A DNA stretch of 64,000 nucleotides from Eledone cirrhosa (lineage: Eukaryota), in assembly GCA_964016885.1 (NCBI GenBank), contig OZ024743.1, positions 334,614,001 to 334,678,000 of the forward strand, read 5' to 3'. The notes beneath the pieces were generated by a model that worked only from the letters and a program-made list of their open reading frames with translations, was not told the origin of the DNA and ran no database searches. Below are positions 56,026 to 64,000 of the stretch, one piece after another (within the stretch, counting starts at the first letter, position 1; each line of letters starts with the position of its first letter). Position numbers and translations under genes: made by a program.

Positions 56026-56770
56026 AGGATTGGCAGTATCGGTAAAGGGTCGGACGCCATGCTTTGTAACATAGAGTTTCAGCTCTTTACGGTCTGAGTT
56101 CAGATCCCGCCGAGGTTAACTTTGAACTTTGCCTTTCATCCTTACAGGGTCGATAAAATAAAGCACCAGTAATGTACTGGGGTAATTGCTGGCCTTGTGT
56201 GAAAAGAAGAAATAATAATTATTATTAATCGGTAGAGGTTCGGGCGCCATGCTTTGAAGCATAGAGTTACTTCCCTTTATGATCTGAGTTCAAATCCCGC
56301 CGAGGTTAATTTTGCCTTTCATCCTTACGGGGTCGATAAAATAAAGTACCAGTAATGCACTGGGATTATTGCTGGCCTTGTGCCTAAAGTAGAAACAATT
56401 ATTAATACGTTCTCAAGGGTGGTGGATTGGCAGTTTCGGTAGAGGGTCGGACACCATGCTTTCATGCATATAGTTACAGCCCTTGCTATTCTGGGTTCAA
56501 ATCCCGCCGAGGCTAACTTTGCCTTTCATCCTTACGGGATTGATAAAATGAAGTACCAGTAATGTACTGGATAATTACTGGCCTTGTGCCAAAAGTAGAA
56601 ACAATTATTAATACGTTCTGAGTTCAAATCCCGTTGAGGTTAGCTTTGCTTTCATCCTTACGGTGTCGATAAAATAAAGCACCAGTAATGTACTGGATCG
56701 ATTTAATAGACTTCCCCTCCCCTTCAAATTGCTGGCCTTATGCCTAAAGTAGAAACAATTATTATTATTA
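56026..56770 (+). mobile_element. Four head-to-tail SINE family A copies
   Basis: Units at about 56026-56225, 56228-56405, 56417-56610 and 56611-56770. Confidence 0.9.
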
Positions 56771-57019
56771 TCGTTACTGCTGTTGTTCATATTGCTTTTG
56801 ACATATCAAAATGTATTTATTTTACTGTACGTAACCGTTACAATAATTTCTGAAAATTTCTAGCTTAGGGTTTCCTATTGTTAATTTCATTTGTTCCCGT
56901 TTGTTGCTATCGTTTCTCACCGCAACTAGGTGTTGAAATTTGAAAACAATTTAAGTTTTGTATAAAAAACATCATAATAAAAGATGACGTCATTTTCTTT
57001 CCTCCCCTAAGGGTTTTGT

Positions 57020-60000
57020 TGTTTGAACAATAACCACTGAATACTAACTTCAAAAACCATATTAACAACGAGAGAAACAGTGAGAGCACTACCACCACCA
57101 TTACTACCAGCACCATCACTAATTCAGTGGGGAACCATTCTTTAAGAGCACGGAGAAACTACCCAGCTTCTACCTCCACCGCTTCAACAGTTGAAGAGGA
57201 AGTGATTTTCTGAGGCACTCGCCCACGCTACTACCAGCACCGTCACTAATTCATTGGGGGACCATTCTTTAGTAGCACGGAAAAACTACGCAACTTCCAC
57301 TTCCACTGCTTCAACAGTTGAAGATGTAGCAATTTTTCTGAAGCACACACCCATACTACCACTGGAAAAACATCAAACACAATCACATTCATCACAACAG
57401 CCAAATCCAGATCCACTCAAGCAATTAACAGATAATACACAGACACAATATCAACCACATTAAAGAAAACAACAGCAACGAAACAGAAATAAAGAGATTC
57501 AACTTCATCGGTGTAAACAAATACAGCGTGGACTTCATGAGTTTTCTAAAAGAAAACTTTAAAAAAAAAAAGAATAGCAAATTTGGAGATATAACTTCCA
57601 GAAGCCATTCCATGGTGTGCGTGTACCAGAATTTGGGCTTCTCTTAAACAGGAACTCACAAAAAAGATTCCCGAACGCTGCGTCTGTGTGATTGGGGAGT
57701 AACAAGGTTGACAAAAGATTCTTTCAGAGAGTACTCCTCAAATTCTAGGAAGGCTTTCGTATTATTCATTTCAGCTCTCTGCGCTCTAAGTTAAAATCCC
57801 GTCGAAGTCAACTTTGCTTTTTATCTTTTCGGCATCGATAAATAAAGTACCAGTCTAGTACTGGGAATAACTATTTCTCTCTTTCTCTCTTTCGCTCTTC
57901 CTCACTTTCTCTGGAAGTAATCAGATGTTTACAGACTGGGAGGATGATAGAGTCCACCAGTTTTACAATGCCCAAGGCACGACGTGTACCCATTTGACAT
58001 GGCCTTTCACCGGAACAAGGTCGTTTGCTTAGCTTCATATAATTAAATATAGATTAGTAGCCATTAACGAGACCAGAATACCAGAGCCAGACCCACTCAC
58101 AGCTATATTTGAAAACTGCGTGATGTATGCATCTTTTGGAAAAGATAGCTCGAAAGGTAGAATGGTAGCTTTGTTTTAAAATTCTTACGAACCTCACATG
58201 CTTTAGTACTAGCAGGGGACTTGAATGGCATCTTAGACACACGGTTACTTTGAGTGGGGTTAGCCGATTGTACATAACATTGATCTGACTGTCTCCAACA
58301 GTGTGATTACCCAAATGTGCTCATACTGATGTAGATAGCAAAGAGAACATATGAGAGGTATTTAGGAAAGGTATGATAACCGGCCCTGTATAGGCGAAAA
58401 TAGCCTCCACCATTTCCTCAATGCAAAACACGAAGGTTGCGGTGTCGGAGTTAAAGCACGTGCTCTACAGTACGGACGCATGAAAGCCGTACTATAGGCC
58501 CAGACAACAGAGGCCTGATGAGGTAACTAAATCATGATTCGGTCTTTTGATGGATCGGACGGGCGCCTAATAATGGATTCTTAGCAGATGCGTGTAGCGT
58601 TTCAGTAGCATTTTGCTTAACTTTTCACTGTGAGAATTAGAAAGAAAACATTTGACGCGGCACTTGGCGAAAAATCCGCTGTGAAAAGTCGATAAAAGTA
58701 GCTGAAATACGTATGATGGTAAGTAGTTGTATAGCAATATTTTTCCTTCAATGTTACGTATATATATATATGCCAAAATGATTCGCTGACGTCTTGGAGA
58801 CTTCTAAAGCAACATTCAGCAGAATAGATGTCTTAGTTTTGTGAGCTGGAGGTGATAGTGCTATCGAGAAAAGATGCGGGAAATAAGGGCGTGATTGAGG
58901 ATGTCCGTCCTATAACCCTGTGAAATGCAGTGTTTAAGGTTTTGTACACGGTGTTAACAAAGTGTTAGGTATTCCTTGACAGTTTTTTGGTTGGAAAATC
59001 GCAGACTACCACAATCCCAAACTAACTTATCTACAATCTGCACCTCGTATGTTACATCATAAAGTGTACAAATCATATGGTTGCATTTTAGTGGTGCTTT
59101 GATCAAATTGAATTAATCGAAAGCGTCTGATAGAAAAGAATATCTATATATGGATGGTCTCCTTAGGAGAGCCGGTTTAAGTCCTGATTTTCAGTGCGGA
59201 ATCATTCCAATACTCAGCGACATCAACTGTGATGGCATAGTACTCGTAAATGGCAAACTTTCGAATCATGCGCGCAATCTCTGAGAAATATTTTCTCTCA
59301 TCCATACTGTATGTCCTAGCTCTTGGGCGACTACTATGGAAATTAGAGGGATTGAGAGGCATCCAATCGAATTAGGACACAAAGGTACCCGTGTCAGTAT
59401 GAGGGGTTGCTGAAACGTTCACGACTTCGTCGCTGATACAGAGGCCCGGTTGGAGGCCCAACCTTCCGAGTTCTTTTGACAGAGCTTAGAAAAACGGAAG
59501 GCCCACTGTAATAAGTGCGTGAATCTGAGTGGGGGATATGTTGAATAAAATCATATTAAAATAATCATTCGTGTATTTTCTTTTACTCAAAACCAGGAAA
59601 TTTTCAGTGCCCCTCGTATATGATGCCACCGGAATGCTGTGGGACGTCACAGAAATGGAAGCGGTCAGCAGCATTATAAAGAAATATGGTAACAAGTGTA
59701 AATATGAAACCGGAAAGTCAATGGGTTTGAAGCCCGGCACCTGGAGAAGCAAGCGCATGCCAGCATTGTCCTTGTCAGATGGACTGGTTAAACGTGTTGC
59801 TTTCCAGTTAAGTCAGATGGATAGAAAATGGGAAGAACTTACGAGTTGAGTAGCCCATTTCACCCAGAAAGGGACTCAGGACAAGATATCTCTGAAAGAT
59901 CGATCAGAAATGCGAAACACGAATTTTTACGTCTGCTTCTTATCGTCTGATCGACGTGACTTGTCTAGTTTCCCAGTGACTAGTTTCAATCACTTCTTTT

Positions 60001-61022
60001 GCTTCTTAAGGAAGAGGCGCTCTGCACTTATCAGGCAGGCCATCTATGGTAAACATCCTCGACAGGTAAACTCGGTAAGATATGGCTGATGATGAAGAGA
60101 TATCCATTAAAGTTGCAAACATTTCTAAACAGTGAGCAGGTGTGGTCGCATTATGTTAGGCATATCTTTCTATCGCTCGCCTCCTTGGCGGGACTGCAGA
60201 GGCTTGGATGACTGGAATTTAAGATGTCACGAATTAACAGCTCTCTACCAGTCTTACAGTGGGGTCGGTTGAAAATTCACATTGACATTCTATAGAGGAC
60301 TAGTGGGGATGACTGATGACGTTCATGAGGAAATTCAGTGGGGTAGAGCAGCTGTAGTTAGTCTGTTCTGGAGAATGTTCGGGTCGGTAGCTATAGATAA
60401 TTTTCAGACAACCGTGATATCTTTTGATAGAAACAAACTCTACAGACAGAGACATGTCGTCGGCGGAACATGTTCCAGATGCACGGACAGAAGCCAAAGG
60501 GTATTGTCTGCATTTACTCAACGTTTAAGCATTCTTCATCTGTGCAATTTTGTCGAACACTTGTTTTCGTCCGAGGATCGTCCTCCGCCTTCCTTCGGTC
60601 GGAAAGGGAGGGTAGCTTCCCTGGCTACGAGGAAAGATGCTGGATTATGAACGAGAACGAATGGAGTGAAGACAGATGCAATTTTCTTTGACCAAACCCT
60701 CATCAACGTTATCAAGTTTCACTTGTAATAAAGAAGATGGTGGGGAGGAAGATGCTGTCTGACCATTAAATGTATTTAAGTCTATGTGAGAGTGGTAAAC
60801 ATAGCCTGAGTTAATAGATCTATTCTGGAGAGTCTACAGGGCACTTGTCCTTGGTAGTGAACGTGAATCATGTTTTGAGGTGTTTCCTTGATTACTCTTA
60901 GATAGCTGACTCCTTCCAATACTGTGGACCCCTTCGTTATTATTTTAGTATAGTCATTGATATTTAGTATCCATTTCCCTTGTCATGTACTAATCTCCTC
61001 TCTAGCCTTGTGGCAAATAATG
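57020..61022 (+). mobile_element. Old, highly degenerate Tx1/L1-clade LINE (copy 5)
   Basis: IVAINETR, LAGDLNGILD, NAKHEGC, GLKPGTWRSKRMP, TFYRGLVG, PPSFGRKGR match copies 1 and 2; 3' end GCCTTGTGGCAAATAATG; the 5' boundary is uncertain. Confidence 0.72.
57103..57360 (+). repeat. Tandem duplication of about 127 bp
   Basis: CTACCAGCACC.TCACTAATTCA...GCTTCAACAGTTGAAG occurs twice. Confidence 0.85.
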
Positions 61023-61226
61023 GTTTCTGGTTTTAGCACAAATCCAACAGTTTTGGAATGGGAAATCGATTAAATCGACTCCAGTGCGTTACTGGTACTT
61101 AATTTTATGGACCCCGTAAAAATGAAAGTCAAAGCTAACCTCGATGGGATTTCAACACGGAACATAAGGGACGCAACTATATATCGCAAAGCATATTGTC
61201 CGTCGCTCTACCGATTACTGCCATCC
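61023..61226 (-). mobile_element. SINE family A inserted in the LINE 3' end
   Basis: 14-bp TSD TGTGGCAAATAATG at 61009-61022 and 61227-61240. Confidence 0.85.
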
Positions 61227-61400
61227 TGTGGCAAATAATGAAATTATTGTCATTAGGATGCTGAATGTCAAAAGATGTAGTGTAGCGGAAAGAGAGTAAT
61301 TTACTTCCTAAGTTCAATGTCTGCTGGGTCGGCTTTGTATTTCACCTTTCAGATAAAATATTGACCAGTCGAGTAATAATGTCAATTCAATCTACTCTCA

Positions 61401-61618
61401 GGGCGGTGGACTGGCAATAGTCGGTAGAGTTTCGGACAAATGCTTTGCGACATATAGTTACGACATTTTACCTTCTGAGTTCATATCTCGGTGAGGTCAG
61501 CTATGCTTTTCATTTTAAGGGGTCGATAAAATAAAGTAATAGTAACGCACTGGGATCGATTTAATCGACTTTCCCTTCCCCTTAAAATTGCCGGCTTTGT
61601 GCCAAAATAGAAACAATT
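61401..61618 (+). mobile_element. SINE family A, full length
   Basis: GGGCGGTGGACTGGCAA head, B-box, tail. Confidence 0.82.
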
Positions 61619-62212
61619 TAATTTAATCTAGATAAAGAATATTTATCTGTAGCTTATATCTCTACTAGGTTTTTATATATATTACGGATAGCCATATCTG
61701 TATGTATGGACCTGTGCTCCCGAAGGAGTCGTAGGGGCACCATATTGATATACGACGTTTGTAGGGCATTTCCTTAAACCTGGCGGAGCCCATCTCTCCA
61801 AATCTGAATACAGTAGATTTCTTTCAGAAAAGGCTAGAGAGTGAGGGACAGGCAGTAATAACAAGATATAGAGGACGAATCGATCCCAGTACTAGACTGG
61901 TACTTTTCTCTCGACCTTGAATGTATGAAAGGCAAATTTGATCTCGGCGAGATTTGAACTCAGAGAGCCGAAACAAATACTGCAAAGCATTCTCTCAAAG
62001 GTTCTAACAGCTCTGACAATTCACTGCTTCATATCTATACAGTATCAGATAGAAACCTTACGGGATTTAGTGAAGTCTCTTTACGCTCTAACAAATTCTG
62101 TCTCGGTGAACAATACTTCTCCTTCACTTAACTAAGTTAATTCGCCATATTTTACTGCAAGATGATTCAATCGGCTGGAACGTTACTCCCTAAAATGTGT
62201 TGTCTTGTAGCA

Positions 62213-62455
62213 ACCGAGGTTAGCTTTGCCTTTCATCCTTACGGGGTCGAGAAAATAAAGTAACGCACTGGGGTCGATGTAATAGAGTTATCACCCTTTA
62301 CATTCTGAGTTCAAATCCCGCTGAGGTTAGCTCTGATTTTCATCCTTACGGAGTTGATAAAATATAATACCAGTAATGCACTGGGGTCGATTTAATCGAC
62401 TTTCTCTTTCCCCCAAATTTCTGGCCTTGAGCCTATATAAGAAACCATTATTATT
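62213..62455 (+). mobile_element. Two partial SINE family A copies
   Basis: Central domain present twice, followed by the tail. Confidence 0.75.
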
Positions 62456-63013
62456 CCTTAAAGTAGATAAGAAAATTGTTAGAGTTTAAAGTGGATGAAT
62501 AAAAATAATTAATTTTCGAAGAAGCCACTTCGGGAATAAAAATAATATTTTAAACAGACGGATAGGGGAAAACAAAACATAAAAATGAAATAAAAATCAA
62601 TAAATAATAAAGATATGAAAATATCGAATTCCATTCTGTAATGGATATAAAAATAGAAATATTTTCCTCTCAGACATATTCTGTTATTAGTTTTTATATT
62701 GAGATTTATGTGTGTGTGTGTGTGTGTATTTGTGTGTGTATGTGTGGATCTGTGTGTGTGTGTGAGTGTGGGTGTGTGTGTATGTGTGTGCGTGTATGTG
62801 GGTGTGTGTGCGTGTATGTGGGTGTGTGTGCATTTGTGTGTGTATATGTAGGTGTGTGTGTGGGTATGTGTGTGTATGTGTGTGCGTGTATGTGTGTGTA
62901 TGTGTGTGTATGTGTGTGTGTGTTTGTGTGATATTATCTGTGTTTTCTGTGTATCTTTCTGTGTTTCTGTCTCTGGATATGTTTTCCTGCTGCTGTGTAT
63001 GCACGCGCGCGCG

Positions 63014-63048
<35 letters not shown>

Positions 63049-63308
63049 GTTTACTTTTATCGAGACTTTCCTGAAAGCTACTTGGATGTCAGCCTACTGG
63101 ATGAAATCACAACATCATCATCAAAGATATATTCCAAATCAGAATACCCCTAGAAACCGTTAGATGATATAAGTGGTTGTAAATGGAGTATGTACTGAAT
63201 GATGAATTAGTGTTTAATTATATTACTGTGCTAAAGTAATCAGTACATAACAGCATCATATCTATGGATAAATAGGGGGAAGGTTAGAGAAACACACACA
63301 GTGACACT

Positions 63309-63350
<42 letters not shown>

Positions 63351-63360
63351 TATATATATA

Positions 63361-63571
63361 TAAGTTATTCCAGGTTGAATCGGAGGTAACCACAGTAAGT
63401 AAAATACTCAATACATTGCAGAGTATAAACGTTTTAATATAGACGAGCTTCTACAAGACTAAAACTGTTTCATTCGTGAGAAATCATCAGGAAGCGCTTC
63501 CTGATGATTTCTCACGAATGAAACAGTTCTACTCTTGTAGAAGCTCTTTTATATTAAAACGTTTATACTCT
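63361..63571. repeat. Fold-back element with HHR core boxes (palindrome 63420-63571, no spacer)
   Basis: 76-bp arms centred on GAAGC|GCTTC; same family as 42706-42890. Confidence 0.88.
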
Positions 63572-63597
63572 TCTATAAATATCTTCTATATTAAAAT

Positions 63598-63637
<40 letters not shown>

Positions 63638-63639
<2 letters not shown>

Positions 63640-63788
63640 AGGCAGAACACTGGAAGGTAATATCCGTAATGGTAGAGCACTCAGTCCATGGGACGAGTTT
63701 CGTAGAAGTAGTAACACAACAGTTAGTTTACCATACCGAGAACAATTGTTCTCGGTCTGGTGAACTAACTGTTGTGTTACTACTTCTA
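63638..63788. repeat. Fold-back element (palindrome 63703-63788, no spacer) with HHR-like boxes
   Basis: 43-bp arms centred on GAACAA|TTGTTC; CTGGTGA in the right arm and GAAAC-TC-GTC on the minus strand of the left extension; TA flanks. Confidence 0.82.
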
Positions 63789-64000
63789 TATATATTTTTG
63801 TTAACCTGTTTAGCTTGCTCCGTTTTGGGGGCTCCGGTGACTGATGACTTCACGACAACTGTTTTCATTTTATCTGGCCTTTATAACGTATGTTAATTGC
63901 TCTGGTCTTCTTTTAGTCCATTGAGCGCTTGCCGCATATCTTGAAGATTGCGTTTCGTTTTTTTTTTTGTCCCCCGCCGATATACGATCTCGCTGAAATT

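Noticed and set aside
63840-63860. Isolated CTGATGA box
   Set aside because: No stem II or GAAA partner; a chance match

Overview
Eukaryotic, AT-rich, microsatellite-saturated DNA, probably intronic or intergenic. The SINE families and (TA)n density suggest an octopus or other coleoid cephalopod (inference). Only one host exon is well supported: an LDL-receptor class A module at 12409-12525 (-). The rest is a mosaic of mobile elements: a full-length but disrupted Helitron plus two other Helitron pieces, five Tx1/L1-clade LINE copies or fragments, CRE, R4/Dong-like, RTE and CR1 LINE remnants, two Tc1/mariner elements and more than 20 tRNA-derived SINEs. The standout signal is about ten fold-back (palindromic) elements from several families, with arms from about 40 bp to 2.7 kb, sitting in (TA)n tracts. 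Nearly all carry a hammerhead-ribozyme (HHR) motif that reads outward from the fold-back centre. The largest is a 5.5-kb palindrome of a 5'-truncated Penelope-like retroelement (RT + GIY-YIG). Four HHRs have intact catalytic boxes and pairing stems, including two copies of a non-coding, circularly permuted retrozyme-like family. All coordinates were read by eye, and element ends may be off by several bases.
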